64,000 nt of DNA from positions 7,936,001 through 8,000,000 of the forward strand of contig OZ004607.1 of the NCBI GenBank assembly GCA_963924565.1, written 5' to 3'. Both the position numbers and the translations under genes were made by a program. Below are positions 35,925 to 48,248 of the stretch, one piece after another (position 1 is the stretch's first letter; each line of letters starts with the position of its first letter). The notes below the pieces were generated by a model. That model searched no databases. It was not told the DNA's origin and saw nothing but the letters and a program-made list of their open reading frames with translations. Source of the DNA: Ascidiella aspersa. Lineage: Eukaryota.

Positions 35925-38127
35925 AACGCAAAGGCCACTGCACAAGTAACCAGCAGTCATTTTCACCTACAGCTCACTTATACTCTCGTGCGTTATAGCC
36001 GCGCAGATATAAACAGGGGCGCAGCGCGAGATAATAACTTAAACAAGGCGAATCAGACGCTTCCGCTAACAAGGTCCCAGGAGCGGCGTAGCTATTTACC
36101 GCAACCGGGTCTTGCAGCTTTGAGTCCCAGAAGACGTGGTTGTCATGGTAGCGCGGCTGCGTCACGGAGTCGGGGAGTTCCGGTGGTGAGGGGGGAGGTT
36201 ACGTCACTAGGGCCGGGAGCCAGGCCTGGCACTCGACACTTGCTGATGTGGTGTTTTGGTTCCCAGGGAAAAGGCTTCGGCAGATGTGGATTGTTGAGGG
36301 TTGTATTCGTGGAATGTGTCTGCAAACTATAGCCTCTTATTTTCGGATTTTATATTTTTAGTAAACCTTTTTTTATGGTTTCTGTTCCTTTGTTAAATGA
36401 TTTTTTCATATCGTTGTTTGCATTTTTGGATAAATTTTACTTGTTATTTTTTATTTTAAGAAGCTCTTTTTACATTTTTAATTCACTTTCAAAGATATAT
36501 AGTTGAAAAGTGAAAATTATTTAATATTTAATTATTTTAAATGTTGCGATTTATATTTCAATTAGATTCAGTAGATAGACAACGGCCTCAAATAATTTGT
36601 CTCCAATAAAACAAAAATTGTTAGATTGACCCGCGGGTAATGTTGCAATAAGTTGGAGTGTTGTAACCTACAGTGTTAATATATGCAACAGTGAAACGTT
36701 AATTGCCAAACCAAAGTGTCCGACGTTTAAATGGTTTTATACACAGAGTTTAGGAACATTAAGCAGCCGCTATATACCACACATGGCATACACACAATTC
36801 ACTTTCTCGGTTAACATCGGCCTGAGACGCACACAGGCCTATCGTTAGCCTGAAAGCGTCATCATCACTCAGGCCCGAGTCGCACAGCGACAACAGCCGA
36901 GATTTTATCAATCGGCATATCGCGAAAACGCGACAGACACAACGGGCCAGTGAGTATGTGAGAAAAAAAGGGGGAAGGCAAAACTATTCGCGGCTCGGGC
37001 CGGTAAGGCGAAACGCTGACGTAAATAAAGTATTTTACGGCGGTCGACATAATATTCAACGCCCGTCCGCAAGGCCCTATCTGGCGCAATCCCGGGGAAA
37101 AGGGCCAAGTCGTTCATCAATACTGCTCAGCGCTCTCATTAAACTTGCATGGCCGCGCGCGCGATCGTCCTGGCAACACGAAAAAAATCGACATTGCTTC
37201 TCTCGCGAGCAAAACGCAAGCGTACACTTTTTCCGAAGTCGCGGATTGGCAGGATTCCAGGGCCGTTTCGATATGGCCGTTTATCCAACTGCTTATGTGA
37301 TTTTCAGGGAATACATTTGTGGAGTCCCTTACTTTCCAAATACAAACTTTATGAAAAGTTAGGGGATTAGTATAAAGTTTTTAATGCAACAACTACCAAA
37401 ACAGTTGTGCTCGCCTGTAGTATGTTTTCTGGTTGCAAGTCAAGGCCGCTTTCGTACATTTTTCAAGCACGATATTTGCTCGCAAACACGCGAATAGGTG
37501 CCGAAGGTGGAGCAACAAAGAGCGCCGACCCCGAAATGCGGCCTACGGTAACGGGCCCGGTTCCAAGCAAGCGGAAATGAGCGAGAGAAAGCAAAAGAAA
37601 GCCTCAGACACCTCGGCGAGCTGTGCTTTGCCATATAGCTGCCACGGCTTGCGGTCAATGGCTTGTAAAGCGCCCGGCAGCTCAACTGGTGTGACCTTTG
37701 TACCCCCTTTGGTTCCCCTCCCTCCCCTCATCGGCGTGTCAGGCCGCATCCTGGCCCGCCGGCGCCGGGGTCAGCGACTTAGCGGGGCCCTAGGCTCGGC
37801 GCCGCCGCTAAAATATTGATGGCGTTGGTGCTGGTTGGTGATGGCAGTCGATTCTGACGGCTCGTGATCGAAAAGTGTACGACTTTCCAACGTCAGGCGA
37901 AGTTTAAAGCGTCGCAAAAAGAAAATGTTTTAGATTTTTGTAGGGAAAGGGCGAGGGTGATGTTCGCGAATACAGGTGCTGAACACAGCAACTATGGAAT
38001 GTAAAAACAGAGATTATTTTTTCTACAAGAAGGGTTACACTTTGGAACATTATATACGGATCTGTTCATAAGTTAAATGGTTTATCATTCCTTTGTGCGA
38101 CTAAAGTGTATATGATGTGGCCTTCAT

Positions 38128-38175
38128 ATCACTGATGGTGGCATGAGCATTTGCCGAAACGTTTGAACAATAAAG
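38128..38175 (+). ncRNA. Degenerate minimal (Penelope-type) hammerhead ribozyme relic
   Basis: TCA-CTGATGG-T-GGCA..TGCC-GAAAC-GTT-TGA followed by AATAAA; one core change (CUGAUGA to CUGAUGG). Confidence 0.5.
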
Positions 38176-41100
38176 CATGTCGCTTTTTACGTCTATTTAG
38201 GCCGTTATTTTTACCATTATAGGGTTAAACTATTATATACTTATAAATATGTTGTTGCTGCCAGGCATAGTATACTAAACAAAGCTCTTCAGGTATTAAA
38301 GTACCGCAAGGGCTTCTTTTTACTAATATAAACTTGTGCGATACTCAACCTAGTTTGATACAGCTATTAAACCGAGGAAGGTATTGCAAAAAAAGCAACG
38401 GCAGGATAAAAACAACATAAAAATAAACCTTTTTGCCTAACATTTAGATACCTATGCAATTAAAAACTTGTATGGTTTTGAAGCTTTGTTGCCAAACTGT
38501 CTGGGTAAAGGGTGTTTTTGACGAAAGCAAGTGAAAAAATCGTTGCAAAGAATAGAAAAACAGCCTTTTCTTCTGCCCACCGTACAACTGTTAAAACAAT
38601 TAAAATATTTTTTGTGGTTAACACAGAGTTAAAAACTAGGGCCACCTTTTCGCACTGAATGGAATAACAAAATTGCTCAAAACCGACTGACCAATCGGTT
38701 AAACGCACCATCCCAGCCAGGGCGCCACAAAGTTACAAAGACGGGACAATAACACAAGCTCCCAAAAGAAAGAATCAGTAGCGGGCCGCATCGCCGTGTG
38801 TGTTCCGGCTCGAAAACTCGACATCAATCGCATCGATATCGAAGCAATAAAATGCCACGCTGGCCCCAAACGCCTACGCCGGGCAGTCTTTGGCAGCGGG
38901 CCCGGGCGGGCATAGTAAAAGGCCCAAGAGAGAGTGTAGAGACTGGGCAACGCTCGTAAACATCAAACCGTCGCGCCGACCCGAACCGATCGAGAGAGGC
39001 TTGCGCCGCGAGAAGAACAGACAGCGCGAAAGATTGACGTTTCGTTAGCGCCAGCGCCTAAAAAAAGGCCCAGCGCCAGCTAAACGCTCGACCCTGCACA
39101 GGCGCTCAGTTCAGGTTTAGGCGCACGGGCGAAACACCCCATGCGTCGGCCTGGCACTAGCAAAGGCTTGTAGGGGTCGAAAAGGTGTGAAAGAAGCGCT
39201 AGTTAGTCATACAGGATCAGTGGTTGGGCTGCGAGATTTTAAGTTCAAGTTTTAGGCTTTTTACGGCGCTGAGCAGTTGTAGTTGGCCTGGAGAGCTAGT
39301 AGTTGGCGGTTTGCGCGCGCAAGGCCCTGGGAATGCCGGCGGGACTCGCAGGAATACATGCGCCGCTGCTGTGCTGCTGCTTTGCAAGCTGTCATTATGT
39401 CATGCGGACCCTTGTAAGTATTGATTTTCTTTCTGCCAAGCGAGGCTTGCTGCGCTCAAATCAGTTTGATACTGGCTAAATCCGTCGAAAAAACACGCGG
39501 TTTTTGTTTGTTCCGCTGTTGCCGAGCTAGTTTTGCTGCTCGCAATTTGGCAAACTTACCCGAAACCGTAAATTAATTTTGCCCGCCACTAATTGGATTA
39601 CCGCGCTCAATCGCCCGTGAAGAAATCAAAATGGCGACGGAGCATGCGGGCAACCGTGCCCAGGCCTCTCTGTGACGTGATAATTAAGCACGTGTTGGCG
39701 TGAAACTCTATACGGGAGAGAAATGATCGCACAGAAAGGCCCAAGACTTTTTCGTCACAGTCGCTAAACCCAGTTTAAAGCAGCCGTTTGCAGCACGTTC
39801 GCACCAATGGCCACAGCCTGACTCAGAAAACTGGCAATAGCCTTGCAGTTAAAGAAGTATATACAGCGAACGAAACAGGCTTGAACAGGTTACATTCAAA
39901 TAAAAATAGGCGACTTTTGCAGCAGATAACATTTTGCGCAGGTTTAATAAATTACGATTTCAATGCGATAATCCATTTTCTTAAGCGACAGCACTTGAAA
40001 TGGTACTTGTCATCGTAAAAAGGTAATCTCATCTTTATTTTTTCTAATAAAATCAAGCTCTGAGTCATTCTTACTAGGATGAGTGGTTCACGTTTTACTG
40101 CTTGACGCAGCCGCTGCCTTCGCCTTGCGTCCCACGGGGCTAAAGCGCAGCCGCCGCTGGGCGCGCACAGTCGTTTAAGCTAGGCTTACGCTTTGTTGAT
40201 GGAGGCTGTTTCACGGGGACTTGGCCTGCTCATTCGCAGCGGAAAATGGACGAGTTGTTTTAAGACTTTTGTTGATTGCGCCAGTGAGCACACATAGCTG
40301 CCGGCTGCTGGTAGTTATTGTTCAGACATTTTTACAAAGCATAACATTTGGGAAATCTATTTTTCAAAGAATACTTACAACAGAAATGGGCCCAGAACGC
40401 GAAAATAATGCTTTCGACTGTGAAATCGTCTCCTAAGCCCAGGAGATCCGGAAATGATCCAAAGCAGGTGCGTTGATCCAGATTAGCTGCCCAAACACCG
40501 GCTTGTCCCAAATTCGCCAAGATCCTTGCTTGCCCAGCTAAACGAAAATTATATTGACTCTGCCACGGCGTGTGTGGGAATGATGTCGGATTTTTTAGGC
40601 AAGGTGCTAAACACGAATGAAAACATACTAGGGCTGGCGACTAAACTTACAGCCATTTTAAAGTTCGTCTTAAATTGGCAACTGTATTTTTTGCGCGAAT
40701 TTAAACATCCTGCTTGTTTTTTATTAATCATAAACACGGGATGTCTGAATTTTTCTTAACACTTTTGATCTTGGATTAAAAAAAATGTGTTTGTTTTTTC
40801 TTCGCGGGTTGTTTCTCGTGTCAAAGAAGCCGATGCCTTAAGCTGCTGTCGACAAAATACACAAGGCCTGGGCGCAGGCGGAGATAAGCCGCACCACACA
40901 GTTGATTTTGCTGGCGCGCTCTTTCAAAGCATGGCCTGATCTTACCTTTGAAAGCAGGAAGTTGCTTGGCTCTGCGCGTTTAAACTTGCACAATGGGGCG
41001 TCGCGCTGGCATCTGTTAAAGAAGAAAGAGTTTTCGCCACCAACACAAAAGTAGGCTACGTTTCGAAAATATGCGAAAAGACGACAAGAGTTTTAAACGT

Positions 41101-44100
41101 GTGGAATTCTTGTTTAGAACACTGGTTTGCTGGTTTTCCAGGCTGGCTTATCTTGGCTTTTAAGATTGAGATTTTATTATAATAGAGAAAAACAGGATGT
41201 ACCGTTTTTATCGGAATTTACAGGGTCGCTCAAAAGCAAAGCAAATTATGTATCATATTATGTTGATCTATATTTCACAAATTACGCCTAAAAAAATCTT
41301 TTTTCAATTCAAGGTGGTGGCGCAACCGGGCTTGTTTAACACTCCACTATAATACGCGTAGAAGAAAAGCGACTTGCCTTACTCGTCCAACCTGGCCAAT
41401 TGGCGCCCAGTTAAAGGCGAGGGTCTAGCTGTGAGCTGGGTCAGTCGATAAATCGGCGCCGTACGCTCAACGGCAATGACACGACCTAGGTGTTGCGGGT
41501 TTGGGTCACCAAAGGGCGGTAATTTGACGAAGGCGGACGGGCAGTCTTTGTGTTTATGAAAAGACTCGCCGGCTTGCATATAGGAGACACGCTTCTTTAT
41601 TTTTCTGATGCTGGAAATTTTGACTGTACGTTTTTGGCTTTAAGGAATGTTGTTCGTTTGTTTGATACAAGGTGTTGTTTCAAAATGAAAGTAAGAGTGA
41701 CTTAAAAAGTAAGAAATATCGTCTGTGCTTCTGGTGCAATTATTTGTCAAAGTAGTGATGTTTATGTTATATAGATTTTGAAACTGTACAAACAATGCAT
41801 TATCTGCATTTTTTCTGCATATATTGTTGTTTGGTTTGGGATTCAGCTTATTTCTTCCGCAGCGCAATAAAAATTAAAAATAAGATACCTATAATAAGAT
41901 AATTCCAGCTCAAGGACAGCGCAAACTTTAGAGGCACCCAACAGACAGACAATTGTGCAACAAAAGGCAAACGAGCAAACGTGTTGGTGGGCGGCGTTTC
42001 ATCGCAGCTAAAAACACAACCGACCGACTCGTGAAGCCAATATGGCACAGCAATACTGGACCGCTGTTTCGCGATTCCATAGGCACGAAACGTTGCTATC
42101 CGACTGTCTTAAAAAATTAAGCGCGCCCGTTCGGCCTTACGAGCAAAAGCAGCAGCAGTTCCCAGTCGTCGAAGTTTAGTGGAAAGAGATCATCCCTCAG
42201 TCGATGCGCTCTATCGCTATAAAGGCCGCCAGATTGTCGGCGCTGCGCCAATGAACAGACTCAGTACAGCCATGTTCAATTAAGTGACACGAATCCTGGC
42301 CCCATCGATGATCACGCAAGCAGCGTGGCGGGGTTATGGGGTTATGCGGAGCGAACCCGACACCCTGGGGCCCGTGCCGGCGTTTTTTCGCTAAACAGGC
42401 CCCATGCGCGCGATTATTGGGGCACTCGTGAAGTGACAAGCCGCTCAACTGACCCCTGACTCCCGCTTCGGCCCCCGGCCCCCGAGGTGGCCCCATGCGC
42501 GCGACGTCAGCTCGCAACAATGCGCTTGTTTTGGGTCCCCAATCGTTTTCGTTACATTGGCACAGCGAATGCGGTTTGGGCGGTTTTTGATTTTTTCGTT
42601 TGCCGCCTTTAGCAATGGTTTTCGCCCGATTTTATTAGCGTTGAGGGCGATAATTAAAAAAAACAGTTTTTAGCCGTGTTTGCGTTTAACGCAATTGTGA
42701 ATTACCTTAGGAGTTTCAAGTTTGCTGTAATCTTACTTGTCTTAACCTTTTTTATGTGATTCAATAAGTATTCGTTAAAACAGACCACTTTTAGAAAATG
42801 TTTTGTATTTAGCGAAATATACATTTCCTACACTGTATTTGTCTTGCGGTGGAAAGCGCAAGACTCAAAAGTTCGCGTTGGGCGAATCGTTTTCGGGGAA
42901 TAAAACTGCGAATCACATCAACTGTAAATCGATATATCCGCCGTCGAAAAAAATACAACGTCGACGCTATTTCGCAATTTGACGCAAAACCGGGCGACGG
43001 CGCCGCATTCCACTACACACTACACAGTATAAGAGCTCAAAACGGTCGCCTCGGCCTGTTTTCAATAGGAAGTCGACGCGGCGGGCCCGGGTTCACGAAA
43101 ACGCAATAATCCAGCCACCGTCACCGCCGTATCATCATCACCGGGGATGCATGTTGCCGACGGATTGGCGCGCGCGACCCTGGCGTCTGGGCGCCCTGCG
43201 AAGGGCCCTGGGCCGGCGCCGGCGCGCAAATTAATTCTGGTTATCGCGGCGCGGAATCGGCTTAGAACGCAGATGGGAAAGCACGATTGTCGATTGGGCC
43301 GGTGGCCGGATTTGTTTTTCATGTATCTATATTCTATAGGTTAGCCTTGGCAAAATGAACATGGTGTAGTGAGGCTCTGGGCACGATTTATTTGAAAAGC
43401 TGACAGTCGCACCCAAACACGTTTAAAATGCAACGGAACGCACTGGAAGTGTTCATGCTTCTAGCTAATGTCTGGGACCCTATTTAAACAAATCCCTGCA
43501 TGTTTTAGTATAAAGGTTGTGTGTAATTTGGTTATACCAGTAGTTCCCATATACCGTGTAGTTTCGGAAAAAGTTTTCGAAAAAACAAATTCCTGTCCTA
43601 AATAACTGTTTTCCTAAAAAATATGGTGGAATGACTAAGGCGAGTCAACTCTATCTCTTTACATTTTTTATCTGTTTTGGGAAACCATTAAAAATATAAT
43701 TAATCCAGCAATTCTTCGTGAAAGTTCTTTTACAGTTTGGAAACCAATGCGCTAAACAGCAGTGACGTAGGCCCCTGTAACGTAGCCTTGTCCATTCGCT
43801 TTGATATCTAGATTCTAGACGCTCGTCACAAAGGGATCTGACTTGTATGAAGTCGCTATAGACTTTCCACCCACGGCGTGAAACACCTACTTTTTGGCTT
43901 GAAAGTTGCGCCACTAGACAGGGGACGGGGTCTATGGGGCCAAAGCCCCATCCATTGAAGGTTGAAACTTTATCGCCTTCCGACTAACGTGCGGTTTTCT
44001 TTGATTTGGCGGCGCTGCGAAACACAAAAGTGTCCAGTTGCAATTTCAATTTTTCGAATCTATTCGCGCCAGCGATTGTGTCCTCTCGCGTTTAAATTCG

Positions 44101-46338
44101 CTTCTCACGTTTTCTGTTTTAATTTGTAATGGGAAACGCCGCCCCTCTACCCCCAGTGTTTTGCTAATTCGCTGGCGATAATGCCCTAAGCTCGTTTATT
44201 GGCAAGTCACAAGTCAATTTTGTTTAATTCTAATCACGCGTAAGTAATTGCGTCCGATTGTGCGCGAGCGCGACCGGGGCGGCCGACGACGTGAAAAAAT
44301 ACCACGGGGAGAAAACATGACGTTGCCTTGCTGCTGGCATAATGCACTTGGACAGCCTACGCAGAACGGCCAACCGCTTCAAAACAACTGTCGCTGTGTT
44401 ATTTTGGTTTTTAGCTAAGAAGGCTCGACAGTAATTAGTAGAAAATAAAGAGTTTCGATTTTAATTAGAAAGCATAAACTGTACAACTTATCGTTCCTCG
44501 TATTCTAACGTTTCCAGTATAGTTAGGTTAGCGCGTTTAAAGTGAATCTTATTCGGATTTTAAGTTTTGGGGTTCAGCGAATAACTGCAGTAACACGCAG
44601 CAGACACCGCAGTTTAACGATGTGAGATTGCAATATTTTACCAGATATTTATTTTACCTGAAAAACTTTCGGGGTAATTTGGAAACGTAAAAGTAAAAAA
44701 ATCTCAAAACAGGGTTGTGTGGCAGTACTGACTTCCCAAAACCGTAGCAGAAACAACCAACATGTAATTCGCGGGCCTCGCTCAATAGCCTCGACGCCGT
44801 AATTTGCGAAAGTGACGGCTTCTAAATGAAAGGTAAGCGGCGAAAGTTGTTTCCGCGCCTGGCCAAGGGCTCGTGTCGCGCTTCAATCTCTGCGGCGAGA
44901 CGAGGCGCCCTCTCCCGCGGATTAATTACAAGCCCGCCGCAGACGTTCTGCCAGAACGATTCGCGAATTCGCACTGGGCGCCTGTGCCGGGCAAATTCCG
45001 TTTGCGGCCCCGTGGCGCCGGCCGACCCGGCCCTCCCCCTGGCCCCCTTTGTGCGGGCCAGACGTCCAAACGAAGGCGTCGAACCGCGACCAGAAACGCC
45101 ACTATTTGATCTGCCCTGACGGCTCGTGGTCCATCGCCCACCAGCGAGCATTTGTGATGATTTGTTGCGATGAGAAATGGCCTGAACAGCGGCAGTTGCA
45201 GGCTTTTTAACGTTGTGTTCAAAATCGCCCATTTTAACCTAATAATGGCTTTTTTGCCGTTTGAGGATTGTTGTTCGTTTATTACCGCTCGAAGTATTCG
45301 CTATACACGCAATTGCGACGTTAGCGGCACATGAGTAGAGCTGACATGAGCAGGACACATCAGAACTTTGCCACTTGTGCAATGACGAACTAACCAAATA
45401 GGCCTGGTTTAAAATCGCCCTGATGTTTTACGCCGTGAAACGTGTTCTTACTGTACATGTATCTACAAGTAATGATCTGTTTCCCTTTGTTAACCATGAT
45501 TGAGTGTTTTTGCTTACCCATTTATACTTTGTAATTGATACCGCACCACTTAAAGCACTGTTGTAATAGTAAAGCTGAAATAGCAAGTAATGCTGTAATG
45601 GTAAGTAATGTCGAGAAAAAATTTGTTAGGAACCGTCAACAGAAACACGATTAACGTTTAGCGAATTTAAGCCAACTCACTTTCGTATTTAACCCGTAAA
45701 ATCGTCGTAGAAAATTTGCATAGAAACAGTTGGCAAAAAACAGAGACACACCATGGTTAAAATCTAAGCTGTTTTCGGCAGTAGCGGGCAAAAAAGGTCG
45801 GGGGCTGTTAAAAAAGCGCTCGGTCCTTTGTGTCCGGTTTATATCTTATACGAGCGTGGATCAATGATGGGTAGGATGCCAGTTCAAACAGCCCTGATCT
45901 AAGCGCACCTGCCTTTACGCACGCCGCGACGCTTTGTTCGGAGGCTGAACGCGCGGCGCCGTAAAATTCACTGCGAGTGTTAATTCTTCTTTCCCTGGGC
46001 TCCGGTATGTTTCGCTTACGAGGGTCGGGTCCTGGTCTTTTGTTGTGCTTTGCTTTAAACAAGCGCCCCCTGCGAAAATCGTATAAATGTCGGCGCTAAT
46101 TTTAGCTTTGGGGTGTTTACCTGTTTTCCTTACCTGTAATCTGTCACAGTCTCGAAGCTTACAAAACGCGCGGACAATTCTTTTAAAGCGTAGAGTTGAA
46201 AACCAAGTCAAAATCTGAGGCCAGTTGTTTTGCACCACATTTTTCAGTCATTAGACACTTAAATTATTTGAATATACTATTGCTGGCATTGTATAAATTG
46301 TAAAATTGGTCTTCCAGGCGTTATTTTTTATTAAAAGT

Positions 46339-46381
46339 ACCAACGTTTCGATAACCTATACAGGAAATCGTCATCCGGCAA
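46339..46381 (-). ncRNA. Degenerate minimal hammerhead ribozyme relic
   Basis: Minus strand CGGATGA-C-GAT..ATC-GAAAC-GTT, then AATAAA; one core change (CUG to CGG). Confidence 0.4.
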
Positions 46382-47580
46382 TGATATTGCAACTCTAGGC
46401 GAACACAAAACTATTTTATCCTTGTTAACTATCCAAAATATATCATCTTTGAATCGTTTCTTTAACGTTGTTAACCACCGAAAACACGTTCCTTTAAACG
46501 GTGTTCAAAAAATGTCACGGGCGCCCAGTCAAATCAAACCCGGCATATTTTCGCTTCCAGTAATATGCGCCATGGTTCGACTAGCGACGTTCCGACGGAT
46601 TTGCATTGGATTAAGGGAAACAAGGTTTTTGCCAGCGACGACCGTCCAGTCGGTCAGACTGCGTCTATGCAAGGAGAGCGACAGCCGCGTAAGCAGGCAA
46701 GCACAGGGATAGAGAGAGAGACTCGGTCTGTTCGCCACGCCACCACGGGGGGGCACGCCTGGTGGCCCGGGCGCTGACTCCCAATAAATGATTCATGCCC
46801 TGTGCGATTGGGAAAGCCGCAAACTGCTAGTAACATTCACAACGTAAACACGCCGCGCCGGGCCGCGGAACGACAACACCAAGAACTGAGATGCCCAGAT
46901 GCGAAACGTTTATTGTCCCTTTGCCGTTTTTTGTCGGTGTCACTGTGGTTTTTTGCTTCAGGTCCGTGTTGAGCGAAGTAGATTCAATGCCGTCTGGACC
47001 TCAGACCCGCTGTTAAGTTTTATCGCTGCTTTGTCTAGTAGCAAAAAATTTTGTGCGCAAATCGTCGCTGCACGCGAAGTATAAATGTTTTAAAAGGACA
47101 AAGATTGGAAATCATGAAAATTATTTAAGCTAGCGAGTTCATCCAGCATTAGCAACCTGAAAACGAAAACCCGGTTTACTCCGAAAAGTTTATTTTTTAT
47201 TATTGAAGTTATTGGAGAGAGATGTCAGTGTAATTGTCAATCTTCTTAAGCTTCGAAACGAACTAACGTTGTAGAGATCACAAGCGAACGATATTGGACT
47301 TCCTATTATATTAAGTCAGCGTCGTCCGCAGACGTGTTTGCCGCGCGAACACACTGGCAATGTCGCGATGTTGTCTGGACGGGAGCGGCCGTAATTAGCA
47401 TGTCAATGCGAAATGCAATTACCCGATGATTCAACCATGCCCAAGTACACACGAGCACCAGTAGTTCGGCGTACTTGGCCGCCGAGCGCGGTCGAGGCAA
47501 AAGCCTTTGGCCGGGTTTCGAGACGCAAAACGCCGCCGAATTTCCGACGCTAACGCTCTCTCTTTTTTCCGTCTTTTCAG

Positions 47581-48248
47581 GTGACTACTTTACCCGCGGG
47601 GCAGCTTAAGACGCGCTGTATAGGCTTACTACTTCGGGTTAGGAAAAACGGTGCTGCTGGGAAAAAAGGGAATCCCGGCAAGTTTAAAGAGAGCGACCCA
47701 CCGCGTCTTCAACGATCATAGACTGGCCGACGCAGCAAGCTACTGACCGCCCGGACTCAAATTAAAGGCTACAAGCAGAGCGGCGGCCATATTACCTGAT
47801 ATTATCAGATCATCATCTTGGGAGAATCAACCTGCGCGATAACCTTTTGACTGACAACCGCGCCTATTAACCTCAACAGCAGCATCAGCATCGGCAGCAG
47901 GCAAGCTGGACTTTCACAGCCCCTCCGCCGCCGCTGGTACGGACCACATCGAGCCCAGCCCCTTTTCGACGTTTTTTCCACCGGTCGGCAACATTGGGGT
48001 TAACAGCTTTCCGGCCGCACTGCTGGCTGACGAGCAGTTCACGACGGGAGAAGACGTCAACCTGGATTCGGAGTACCTACCCCCTTCGGCCGACGGCCAC
48101 CTGAGCGCCACTGGCAGCGACGGCTTTCCAATAAGCTACGGTAGCGAGCCGTTCGACTTTGACGATAAGCTGACCTTGGAGGAGAAGTGCATGATGGGCG
48201 GCGACCCCATGAACCAGTCCGGATGCGTTTCGGCGACAATCAACTGCG
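47581..48248 (+). other. Isl: Islet first coding exon including long leader; annotated-type start at 48191 (MMGGDP), possible upstream CTG start at 47906
   Basis: Strong acceptor ctctcttttttccgtcttttcag| at 47580 with upstream ctaac branch-like motif. Donor GCG|gtaggt at 48248 is in the phase required by the LIM1 exon. MMGGDP resembles the vertebrate ISL1 start MGDMGDP. Confidence 0.75.

Larger units (their letters stand above)
18450..47580. promoter_or_regulatory. Gene-poor upstream regulatory landscape of Islet with many CpG-rich islands
   Basis: No credible coding exons. GC/CpG-rich blocks of 0.3-0.8 kb alternate with AT-rich spacers and contain CRE, E-box, TAAT/GGATTA and YY1-type motifs. 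Regulatory function is inferred. Confidence 0.55.

Noticed and set aside
43538-43749. Possible hAT MITE (CAGTAGTTCCC...TTTGGAAACCAATG)
   Set aside because: TIRs and TSD too degenerate to call
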